Position numbers and translations under genes: made by a program. A stretch of 64,000 nucleotides of DNA from positions 351,788,001 to 351,852,000 of the forward strand of contig OZ024741.1 in NCBI GenBank assembly GCA_964016885.1, given 5' to 3'. Shown in pieces: positions 25,617 through 36,691 of the stretch (the stretch's first letter is position 1; each line of letters begins with the position of its first letter). Under the pieces are notes generated by a model. It was not told where the DNA came from. It ran no database searches and saw only the letters and a list, made by a program, of their open reading frames with translations. The DNA is from Eledone cirrhosa (taxonomy: Eukaryota).

Positions 25617-26673
25617 CCCTCAGCCCGCTCTTGTTCATTATAGTCCTCCAAGCTATAACAGAGGAGTTTAAGACTGGATGCCCATGGGAACTTCTTTATG
25701 CTGATGATCTGGCTCTTATAGCAGAATCAGTAGAGGAGCTAGAGAATAAATTCTGGCTATGGAAACAACAGTTGGAATCAAGAAGACTAAGAGTGAACAT
25801 AGCTAAGACAAAAGTGTTGATAAGTAGAAGAGAGGACAATACTCCGATTCCATCAGGGAAATGGCCATGTTCGATATGTAGGAAAGGAACTGGCATAAAT
25901 TCCATAAAATGTACGCAATGCAGATCTTGGGTACACAAGAGATGTAGTGGGATAGCAGGCAAACTAACAGGTAGGGAAAACTACGTATGCAGTAGATGTA
26001 CAGGGAAATTTGGCAGTATTAATCGCAGTGATAGACACATTTTCCCAATATGGTTGATAGCTTCCGGTACCTAGGTGATCAGATTAGCATGGGAGGGGGG
26101 TGTTCCGAGGCTATAGTAGCTAGAATAAGGACGGGTTGGAAGAAGTTTAGGGAGCTGCTTCCTCTGTTGACAAAGAAGGGTTTCTCCCTGCATACGAAAG
26201 GACGGTTATATGATGCCTGTGTGAGATGTGCGATGCTGCATGGTAGTGAGACATGGGCATTAACTGCAGAGGATATGCGACGGCTGGAGAGAAATGAAGC
26301 AAGTATGCTCTGATGGATGTGAAATGTCAATGTGCGTGAATGACCAAGCATGGACGAGTTGAGAAAGAAACTGGGTATAAGAGGGATAAGTTGTGGTGTG
26401 CAGGAGAGAAGGCTGAGATGGTATGGACATGTGATGCGCATGGAGTATGACCGCTGGATAAAGAAGTGCCAAGAAATCCCAGTAGAAGGAAGACGCAGAA
26501 GAGGGAGACCACGTAAAACATGGGCGGAGGTGGTGAGAGCAGACCTCAGATTGCTGAATACACCGAGGAAATGACGAAGGACCGTGACAAGTGGAGAGAT
26601 GCTGTGCTGAATAGGACCCGTCCAACCCTTGCAAGCAGGGAAAGGCAGATGTAAAATGATGATGATGATGATG
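25617..26673 (+). mobile_element. 5'-truncated RTE LINE (subfamily A) with YADD and PHD finger
   Basis: ORFs 25631-26074, 26050-26313 and 26350-26574 give LLYADD, CSIC..CTQC..WVHKRC..CSRC and RRLRWYGHV. (GAT)n tail. Confidence 0.95.
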
Positions 26674-27185
26674 TCCTAAAGCGTTTTTTTTGTTGTTGTG
26701 GGAGTTATTAATTTTTTTATTGGTTTTGTTGTTGTCGTCACTATTGTCATTGTTGTTGGTGTTGTTTTTTTGTTGTTTATGGTGTTGCTATTATTTGTAT
26801 CATTATTTTTTGTTGTTGTGTTGTGATGGTGTTGCTGATAGTGGTGGTGGTAGTGCTGTTTGTTTTGGCTATGCTTACTGTTATGGTGTTAGGGGTATTG
26901 GTGTTCACAATGGTAGACCTTGGCAGTGGCGGGAAATTAAGTTCATGAAGATATTGGTTAGTTTAACCCTAAAACATAATTAAATGTTCAACAAAATATG
27001 TTGGATAACAATAGAATAACAACAAACTTACAAGAGCAATCCGTAACATGTGTCAATAAAAGAACAAACAAAATAATAATGATGGTTTCTGATTTAGGCA
27101 CAAAGACAACAATTTGGGGCAGGAGATAGTTGATTAAATTGACCCCAGTGCGTTACTGGTACTACATTTTATCAACTCCATAAAG

Positions 27186-27933
27186 GGCACTGTCATGGTA
27201 TTAGCTGTCAGAAAGAAGGTGATGTCATTCGTCAACCTTCTCAATCGTTTATTTCCGTATCACTATTCCGTATCACCACGCGTTTATTTACGTTTATAAT
27301 TTTATTTATGGGTACCAAATAACCACGTAATTTTCGAGAGAAACGATAATATACAATCTTATTTAACATGTGCATTAAAAACTACACTAGCTGTTACAAT
27401 TGTAATTAACGTGTAAGAACTTAAATGAAAATATAGGTGGCCCTTAAAAGGGCCGGTATTGAACTTAAATTTGTTTTCTAATTTGATAACCATGACTTGT
27501 TTCAACACCGGCCCTTTTAAGGGCCACCTATATTTTCATTTAAGTTAACTCCGCTTACATCGATATGCTTTATTGTTATCTAAGCTTTTGCTTACACGTT
27601 AATTACAATTGTAACAGCTAGTGTAGTTTTTAATGCACATATTAAATAAGATTGTATATTATTGTTTCTCTCGAAAATTACGTTATTTGGTACCCATATT
27701 TTCTTTTTAATAAGTGTATCTCATCGTAAAATACAGCTAGTGTAGTTTTTAATGCACATTCGAAAATTACGTGGTTATTTGGTACCCATATTTTTATTTT
27801 AATAAGTGTATCTCATCGTAAACGTATCTCTTAGTGATACGGAAATAAACGATTGAGAAGGTTGACGAATGACGTCAGAGAGACGTCACCTTCTTCTACT
27901 TTCACTTCTGACAGCTAATACCATGACAGTGCC
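27186..27933. mobile_element. 748-bp foldback MITE, Merlin-like
   Basis: TIR GGCACTGTCATGGTATTAGCTGTCAGAA at both ends. 8-bp TSD ccataaag at 27178-27185 and 27934-27941. GGNRM terminus plus 8-bp TSD fits Merlin. Interior is largely palindromic. Confidence 0.85.
27505..27530 (+). promoter_or_regulatory. Histone 3'-UTR-type stem-loop motif (inverted twin at 27434-27459 on the minus strand)
   Basis: acacc-GGCCCT-TTTA-AGGGCC-ACCta has the 6-bp stem, UUUN loop and 3' ACC of the SLBP-binding consensus. Function is unproven. Confidence 0.55.
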
Positions 27934-28059
27934 CCATAAAGATGAAAGGCAAAGTTAACCTCGGCAGAATTTGGACTCAGAAAGTAAAGGACCCTAACTC
28001 TATGCCACAAAGCATGTTGTCCAACACACTTCCAATATTGCCAATACACTGCCAAATGC

Positions 28060-28925
28060 AGGAACCTGATAAGATGCCCTCTTGGTTAGTTAATGGTGTT
28101 ACATTCTGACTCCCGAAAAACAAAGAAACAAATGAACCTAAAAACTATATACCTATAAGCTGCTTAACAACTATGTATAAGATATTAACATCTGTTTTGA
28201 CTGAATATACATATAACTTCTTAACAGAAAATGGCATCTTCCCCAATGAGCAATAAGGCTGTAAACATGGGTCCTATGGTTGTAAATATCAGCTTCTTAT
28301 CAATGAGATGATTTTGCAAGATCGTCAGTACAGGGCAAGAACTTATCAATAGCTTAGATAGACTATTAAAAAGCTTTTGACAGTCTACCACATAGGTGGA
28401 TCAAGAAATGCTTGGAAACTTATAAAATATCACCTACTTTAAGAAACTTTCTATCTGTTAATATGAAATCATGGAAAACTACACTGGTTTTGGAAAATGA
28501 GAAGGAATTTTAAAGTTTGGTTTTGTTGAAATTTCACGTGGTATTTTTCAGGGTGATTCTCTATCACTAGTCTTCTTTTGTCTAGCTCTGATATCTCTAT
28601 TCAGATAACTCAGTTAAACAGAATATGTCTATAAAATTTATGAGAAAACTACATGTATGATTTAAAACTCTCTTCACAAAAAATGACCAGCAACTACAAG
28701 GAAGGCCCACTATCAGTTGTGGTGACATTTGGATGGAATTTAGCCTTGATAAATGCTCAAAAGCTACCTTCATCAGAGGGAAATTGTCAAAAACATGAAT
28801 GTTGAACTTGATTAACAAAACTGCTATAATGGATTTAGAACCAGAGAAGGTTACAAATACTTTGGGGGTAATATGAAAGTCATTGAATTAAACAGTAAAC
28901 AATGAGGAAAAAGATCAGAAGGGTG
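28060..28925 (+). pseudogene. R4/Dong-clade non-LTR RT fragment
   Basis: PSWLVNGVTF*LPKNKETNEPKNYIPISCLTTMYKILTS, EQ*GCKHGSYGCK.QLLIN, DY*KAFDSLPH and RGIFQGDSLS, with many stops. Confidence 0.8.
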
Positions 28926-28999
28926 AAGGCAATGTAAGAAGCAGGACTGAAGTAGGGGTAAATAAGATGTTCAATGATGGAGAAGGACGTGGATGGGTC

Positions 29000-30790
29000 A
29001 GCAGGCAGGTTTTCACCAGAAAAACATGTCACCAATCCATGTGGCCATTTGTCATCTCCATTGTGAGGTTTAGCTTCTGGTATTGTAGATTTGGATAGAG
29101 GATAGAAACTTCACTATTCTAGTGTGGTACCAGAAATGACTGCGTGAGATGACTTTGGGTTTAAGCTGGAATCTGACTTCAGATCAGCAAATAAAGTGTT
29201 CGTAGACCATCTGCCAACTTCATAATAAATCCTCCTTCATGCCTGCTATCAGGATTGTGTCTGGGTTTCTCCACTATTCAGAGAGGTGCATCTTCGTGAG
29301 GTGGAGAGAATACTTTGTGGATCTCCTAAACCTGATCACGACAGCATCTTCTGATGTACATGAAGTGCATCTGGGAGCGACGACTAATCTCTCATAGACT
29401 GAGGTTACAAGAGCAATTAAAAAGCCCTGGGAGGATGAAATTCAGCACAAAATGTTAGAAGCCTTAAATATAGAAGGTATTCACTGGCTGGGTCATGTGT
29501 GGCAGGTGACCTAGATTTCTTGAAAGGCACCTAAGCAATGGCAATTGGGAGTGATAATCCCAATTTTCCAAAAGGGGAGACAAGAGAAATTGCTCCAATT
29601 ATAAAAGTATTTCCTTGTTAAGCCTCCCTAGTAAAGTCTATGTTAAGTGCTTGGCAAAGAGATATAAGGAGATTGTTGAGTTCAAGCTAGCTGATGAACA
29701 GTGTGGTTTTCACCACGGATGCAGCACAGCTACCAAATATTCACTGCGGCAGGTTTTTGTTATATCTTGGGAGTACTGCAAAGAGGTGTATTTTTGTTTT
29801 GTATATCTCAAAAAGGCATATGACTGTGTTCCACAGAACCTGTTGTGGAAGGTTCTGCAGGAGTATGGGATCAATGGATAGCTCCTTGTTGCTGTGATGT
29901 CTCTATATGAATGCCCTAGTATTCATATAAATCGTCCCAAAACCATTTGATGTGGGTATCAGACTCTGCCAAGGGTGTGTAATGTCTCTGGTCAATAATC
30001 TTCATGAACAAGATTGACATGCGTAACAGGGTTGGAAGTGGTATCACGACTGGTGGGTGTAAGATCAGTCAGCTGGAATTTACAGACAATATGGTATTAC
30101 TTAACTTACCAGAAGGTGATCTCTTGACATGCATTTGATAGGTTTGATACCAAGTGCTACATGGCTGGAATGAAAATCAGTGCTGCAAAGACTGAGTTAC
30201 TCATTCTCTCAAGGAAGCCTGCACAGTGCACCCTACATTTGAGTGGCGTTCCACTGAAGCAGGTAGAGAAGTTCAAGTATTTTTCGGGGCCATGTTCACG
30301 AATGATGGAAGGTAGGAAGCTGAATTTAGTGCAAGAATTGCAGGGGCTGGTGCAGTAATGTGCCAGCCTTAGCATTTCGTAATCAGAAGGGAGGTAGGTG
30401 TAAAAACCAAACTCGCTATCTTCAATTCGGTATCTATGCCACCCTTTACCTATGGTCATGAATTCTGGGTAATGACTGAAAGGATACGATTGCAAATATA
30501 AACGATCGAAATAGGGTTCTTCCAAAGGGTCTTTGGAGTAACATTACTCAGATAGTGCATAGCTTGGAGATCAGAAAGGTAGAGCCACTTCTCCAAATTG
30601 AGAGATCGTAGCTCTGATATTAAGGACATGTAGTTAGTAAGTCTCAGGAAATAATTGCCTGACAGATTTACGGGCAAAACCAACCGGCAGAAGACCCAGG
30701 TGTAGACCCCAGCAAGATGGTTGGAGAACATCCATGAGCTTGGCTGGTCTTGTTTGGGAATCCAGACAGATCAATTGGAGATGGTTGCTA
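29000..30790 (+). pseudogene. Degenerate RTE-clade LINE (subfamily C, no PHD)
   Basis: LLSLPSKVY, DEQCGF, FVYLKKAYDCVP and GMKISAAKTE..QVEKFKY motifs. Related to the inverted copy at 49.9-51.6 kb. Confidence 0.8.
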
Positions 30791-31235
30791 GTGGTAATGA
30801 TGGTGGTAATTGTGGTGATGATGGTTATGATAATGTTGTTAGTTGTGGTGATGAAGGTGGTAATGGTCATTGTAGTGGTGATGATGATGGCAGTTCTGGT
30901 GATGATGGTTGTGATGATGACGGTGGTAGTGGCGATGACATAGTAGTGGTGATGAGGTGGTAGTAGTGGTGATGAGGTGGTAGTAGTGGTGATGATGGTG
31001 GTAGTAGTGGTGATGATGGTGGTAGTAGTGGTGATGGTGGTAATAATGATGATGATGGTAGTGGTGGTGGCAGTAGTGGTGATGATGATGATGGTGGTGG
31101 TAGTGGTAATGATGATAGTGGTGGTAGTGGTAATAATGATGATGGTGGTAGTGGTGATGATTATAGTGGTGGTAGTGGTGGTGTTATTGGTGGTTGTAGT
31201 GGTGATGATAGCGATAGTGTTGGTGATGATGATTC
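30790..31235. repeat. (GAT/GGT/AGT)n compound microsatellite
   Basis: Direct reading. Confidence 0.85.
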
Positions 31236-31849
31236 TTGTGTTTGAAATTACAAGCAGAAGATACTGCCACCACCATCACCTTCATGACAGCAGGCATGGA
31301 TTCTGGGAAACCTCACTGAATACATTAATTATAGCAATTAGATTCCACCACCAACCACATCACACACAACTGCTTTCTAACAGAAATAGACACTGATACA
31401 CATACACAACCATTTTCTAACAGACACACAAACATACACACACATACACAGCTGCTTTCTAGCAGACACATACACACAGAGAGAAATGGAGAGAGAAGCC
31501 TCAGCTCTCATCAAATTCCATCCTCCTTATATCCGTCACCATTATCAATACTATCATCATCTTTATCTTCACTGTAACTACCCTGATGGTGATCAGCATC
31601 CTCATCAGTACATCAGCATCACTCCCATCATAATCATTTTGTCGTCATCATCATCAGCAGCATCATAACATTATTATTATTATCATTAGGCTGACGGTAA
31701 AGCAGAGAAAAAGAATGAATATTACACATTCATATCAACTCCCCCAACACCCAACACTACACAACCCTATGCCTCCAAGATTTCATAACATAATATCCTA
31801 TTTAAACCATTGTTATTGATTATTTTTTATTCTACAAAATGTCAAGGAA

Positions 31850-32270
31850 AAGGCGAGATAGTCATAAATTATCAAAGATCTAGAAGTCATCCCTGAGGAA
31901 GAGTGTTAAGATCAAACTCTTCTTAACAGTTGAATCTGTCTTATTCTCGCATGGAGGATTGAAAATCAGCTAGACAGAGTGAATTCTCACATGTTATGAA
32001 GGTTTCTTAATGCAACATGGAAGAGCCACATCATCAATATGGTTTGTCAAAGTCAACTGAAAAGATATCTGTGTGGTGGTTACAATTGGCAGCTCATTGT
32101 ATGAGAAATCCTGAAGAAATAGTCTCACATCTGGTGCTATGGCAGCCAATACTTGAACAGATTTACCATAAAAGATTATAGGTGGCAAATAACTGTGTGA
32201 GACGTCCTGAAGAAATAATCTTAAACCTGGTGCTATAGCAGCCAATATATAGGCAGATGAACTGTGGGAG
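31850..32270 (+). pseudogene. Old RTE/RTEX C-terminal fragment with an internal duplication
   Basis: KSSLRKSVKIKLFLTVESVL..LENQLD..WKSH..LQLAAHCMRNPEEIVSHLVLWQP. The segment cctgaagaaata..ctggtgcta..gcagccaata occurs twice. Confidence 0.6.
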
Positions 32271-32699
32271 ACAAACTACTAACTTATATTAACATACTAA
32301 AATCCTTTCCTTCTTCCTTCTTCCGAAACTCGAAAATCCCGCTTCCTCGCCTCGACCCCCACCCGCTCTACTCCGAGGGCTCGGTGGTCAATCATCATGC
32401 AGCCCCCCCCCTCTCTCTCTATATATATATATAATTCACTTCGCCAAATTCCATTGCTTTGCTGTCTACTCCACGATATTCATGTAACGTAATGTACATA
32501 TTTTTCTCTTCATCTCTGCCTCCACAAACCATATTCGTATCAAGTCCAAATAACCAATCTATCGCTAAAACAATCTACATTTTTTGTATCCATTAATTGT
32601 TAGATACAAAAGTTTTTGGTCGTATTGAACAAAACAAATTTTGTATTTTTGTTAATCGCTTGTTAAATGCAAGGACCCCATTTCAATCATTACCTTCTA

Positions 32700-35600
32700 T
32701 CTAGCTACCCAACACCCCTCCCTCCCGCCCCCACGCACCACCATTGCTATTACGTGGACCAATCATAAGCCAGAGCCCCCACGCATCACCAGTATTATTA
32801 CTACGCGGACCAATCAGAAGCCAGAGGCCTATACTATCGCTTGCCTTTCGATATATGATGGATGGATGGATGGATGGATGGACTGCGGAATCCTGGAAAG
32901 TGGAGGAGAGAGAGAGAAAAATCTGGACGCTCAGCGGCAATGCCAAAGATAAAGACAAGTTCACCTCTTGGACGAGAATGCGAGCACTCCTCATTGTTTC
33001 GACCGCGGACGGCTAACATAACCCCATCGCCCCCCGCTCCCCACCGCCCCCAACCCCCAAACGCAATCCAAAACTTCAGAGTTGGTACCATAAATGTAGG
33101 CACCCTAAAGGGTCGCGCTAACGAGGTTGTAGAAATGCTTGAACGTAAGGAGGTCGATGTTTGTTGTATTCAAGAGACCAGGTGGAGGGGTGGGTCTGCT
33201 AGATTCATTGAGGGTAAAAAACGATGTTATAAGCTTTTCTGGGTGGGAAACGACGATGGGCTGGGTGGAGTAGGAATCATGGTAGCGGAAAAGTGGGCAG
33301 ATAAGATAATAGACGTAAATAGAGTGAACGACAGAATAATTAAAATACGACTTGTCCTCAATAGAACTACGGTGACAGTAATATCTGCGTACGCACCCCA
33401 ATCCGGACTGCCCGGCACTATAAAAGACAGATTCTATGAGACACTGATGCTAACTACCTCCCAAATATCCGACAGTGACTATATAATTATTGCAGGCGAC
33501 CTAAATGGTCACGTTGGACAACATTGTGACGGCTACAACGAAATCCATGGAGGCTATGGGTTTGGTACTAGAAATGAGGAAGGCTCCAGAATCCTGGAAT
33601 TCTGTGATGCAAATAACCTAACTATCTGTAACACTAACTTCAAAAAACGTGACAATCACCTGATCACCTATAGATCCGGGGAACACACAAGCCAGGTAGA
33701 TTATATCCTTACCAGAAGACGTGACAGAGTGTCTGTTGTAAACACCAAATCCCTCCCCCATGAAGAATGCACCTCCCAACATAGACTGATAATTAGCGAC
33801 CTCATAGTCAGGACGAGACGTACTCGACAGCAGAAGAGGACTATCCTCAGGAGAAAAATATGGAAGCTAAAGGACCCCACAGCCAGGAATAAATTTCAAA
33901 GCATATTACTTGATGCTTTCGACAGTAAGGAAGAACATTTAGAGTCGGACAATATAGAGGGAGAGTGAGAATTTCTGAAAGCAAACCTGCTGTTGGCGAC
34001 AGACGATGTCTGTGGCTGGAGCAGGCCTGTAGGCAGGAGGAGAGTAACATGGTGGTGGAACAGTAAGGTGGAGGGGTCAATTAAGGCCAAAAAGCAGGCT
34101 TGGAAAGTATGGCGGGATGGGGGAAGTAGAGAAGACTATCAAGTGGCCAGGAGGGAAGCTAGGAGACAAGTGTACTTAGCAAGAAGGGAAGCTGAGGAAA
34201 GAAAGTTCAAGCATGTTCTACAACACGATGACCAAAAACGTGAGGTGTTCAGGATTGCTAGGCAATGCGTCAAGGAAAACCGTGATATTGTCGGGGAGAA
34301 GTGTGTACTAAACGACGATGGCACACTTGCCATCACCGACGCTGATAAGAAGGTAGCTTGGAAGTGTCACTACGAAAGGCTACTAAATGAGGAGAATAAA
34401 TGGGAGAAAGACAGTCTCCCCCATATCGACCCAATAGAGGGACCAGCAGTGTTAGTCGAGGGGAGTATAATAAGTAAGGCAATCAAGGATATGAAGACGG
34501 GTAAGGCGGCTGGGCCTTCGGAAATAGTTGCTGAGATGCTGAAGGCATCTGGCACGGTGGGACACACCATGGTCACCCGCATAGTTAACCAAGTCGTACA
34601 GAATGGGGTTGTTCCGAAGGACTGGCATAGCAGCATCATCGTTAACTGTTATAAGGGTAAAGGAGACGCCCTAGATAGGAGTAACTATAGAGGCATTAAA
34701 TTAATCGACCAGGTCATGAAGGTCACGGAAAAAGTAATAGCGCAACTAATCAGAGAGAGAATCGACCTAGATGAAATGCAGTTCGGGTTTGTGTCAGGCA
34801 AAAGTACCACAGACGCTCTTTTCATAGTACGACAACTACAGGAGAAGTACCTAGCTAAAGGTAAACCCCTCTACTTAGCTTTTGTCGACTTGGAGAAAGC
34901 CTTTGACAGAGTCCCCCGCTCCATTATCTGGTGGGCTCTTAGAAAACTAGGCGTTGACGAATGGCTTGTGAGGGCTATACAAGCCATGTATAAAGAAACA
35001 GTCAGCAAGGTTAGAATTAACAACGAATATAGTGAAGAGTTTAGCGTAAAAGTTGGCGTCCATCAGGGCTCTGTTCTCAGCCCCCTACTATTTATTATTG
35101 CCCTTCAGGCTATAACAGAGGAGTTCAAGACAGGCTGCCCATGGGAACTCCTATACGCAGACGACCTGACACTCATAGCGGAATCAATGGCCGAGCTAGA
35201 GAAGAAATTCCAAACATGGAAGCACGGCCTAGAGTCAAAAGGACTTAAAATTAACCTGGCTAAGACCAAAGTTCTAGTTTGTAGGAAAGAAAACAAGGCG
35301 GCGGTCCCTTCTGGGAAATGGTCGTGCTCGGTGTGTAGGAAAGGCGTAGGTAGAAACTCCATTTTATGTCCTAAATGCAAAGTATGGGTGCATAAAAGAT
35401 GTAGTGGGATCACAGGTAAGCTAACTAAGAACATAGATTTTACATGTGGCCGGTGTTCTGGTGCAATAAGTAGCAGCAAGTGCCCACAAAATACTAGCTC
35501 TTTCAATTGCCCAGAGGGTTCTATAGAAATAGTGGACAGCTTCCGTTACCTGGGCGATAAAATCAGCAGTGGGGGAGGGTGCTCTGAAAGTACTGTAGCT

Positions 35601-36506
35601 AGAGTCAGAACTGGTTGGAAAAAGTTCAGAGAGCTTATACCACTATTAGCTGCTAAAGGGTTCTCCCTAAAAATGAAAGGCAGGTTGTACGATGCCTGCA
35701 TACGAACAGCAATGCTGCATGGCAGTGAGACCTGGGCATTGTGTGCAGAGGATATATGCAGACTAGAGAGGAACGAAGCTTGCATGCTCCGCTGGATGTG
35801 TAACAGTAATATACGTGAACGGCAAAGCATAAACAAACTAAGGAAAAAATTAGAGATAAGAGGGATCAGATGTTGTTTACTCGAGAGAAGGCTACGTTGG
35901 TATGGACACGTGATGCGCATGAAAGTCGATAGCTGTATAACAAAGTGCAGGGCAATAAAGATAGACGGTAGTCACGGAATAGGCAGACCTAGAAAAACCT
36001 GGGACGAGCTGATAAACTCCGACATCACACACTTACACCTCTCCAAGACAATGTCACTGGACCGAGACCTTTGGCGGTACTCAGTAACAGAGAAGACCCG
36101 CCTTACCTAAATATATAGTAAAACCTACTCCAACCAGTAGGCATCTCTAACAAAATACACCCCGTCCCACCACCACCACCCCCACCCCATCCACACCACC
36201 CCGTTCTATGTAAAGTTATGTTGGTGCCGCGCCATAGGCCGAAACAAATGAGATCGTGTAGGTGTCACGACAAAAAAACACACAGTCCACGCTGTAATGT
36301 GGCCGTGTAGGCAACACGGTAAAAACCTCCCAGACCCACACTGTAAATGTGGTTGGTGTTAGGAAGGGCATCCAACTGTAGAAAACCTGCCAGACAGTCC
36401 TATGCGAGCAAGACAATCACTCTTGCCTCAAGTGGGACTACCCCCGTCCAAACCCATGCAAGCGTGGAACACGGACGTTAAACGTTGATGATGATGATGA
36501 TGATGA
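32700..36506 (+). mobile_element. Near-full-length RTE-clade LINE (subfamily B, long 3' UTR, (GAT)n tail); 5' boundary uncertain and possibly ~32300
   Basis: APE endonuclease and RT lie in one frame. 3' UTR 36111-36485 is followed by (GAT)n. Confidence 0.93.
32940..36110 (+). pseudogene. RTE ORF: APE endonuclease + reverse transcriptase + PHD finger, one premature TGA at 33966-33968
   Basis: ORFs 32862-33968 (TINVGTL, CIQET, AYAPQ, GDLNGH, VDYIL, SQHRL) and 33993-36110 (NYRGIKL, QFGF, DLEKAFD, HQGSVLSP, YADD, FRYLG) are in the same frame. Confidence 0.95.
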
Positions 36507-36507
36507 T

Positions 36508-36691
36508 ATAGGAAAAAAGTATGACCCCGACGGCAGAGCTCAAGTCGTTTCGACTGCTATTTCTGGACTAGTCCAGAAATAGCCGTCGAAACGGCTTGAG
36601 CTCTGCTGTCGGGGTCATACTTTTTCCTATTTCCCACTCTACTACTCTAAGTAGTGAGTACTCTGGTGCGTTATGGTCCATCTGGTTCCTT
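36508..36691 (+). mobile_element. Loopless palindrome (36508-36630) carrying hammerhead 3' halves, plus a short tail
   Basis: ~61-bp arms centred on ggact|agtcc. Each arm has gtc-GAA-ACGRC-ttgagctct-GCYGT-C-ggggtc. CTGATGA is absent. Confidence 0.65.

Larger units (their letters stand above)
27075..28050 (-). mobile_element. tRNA-derived SINE interrupted by a MITE
   Basis: Joining 27185 to 27942 restores tttatcaactccataaagatgaaaggcaaagttaacctcggc, matching the SINE at 3725-3770. Confidence 0.85.

Noticed and set aside
31890-31942. Hammerhead-like CTGAGGA-agagt..actct..acag..ctgtc
   Set aside because: Lacks GAAA and stem I. Explained as RTE coding sequence (SLRKSVKIKLFLTVESV)
32680-32700. 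Candidate MAEA exon 1 donor (ttaccttc)
   Set aside because: The upstream minus-strand codons do not encode the expected ..PTLK
36654-36691. N-terminal extension of the 481-aa ORF as a genuine fusion protein
   Set aside because: Non-ATG start in the flank of a 5'-truncated LINE. Chance in-frame read-in
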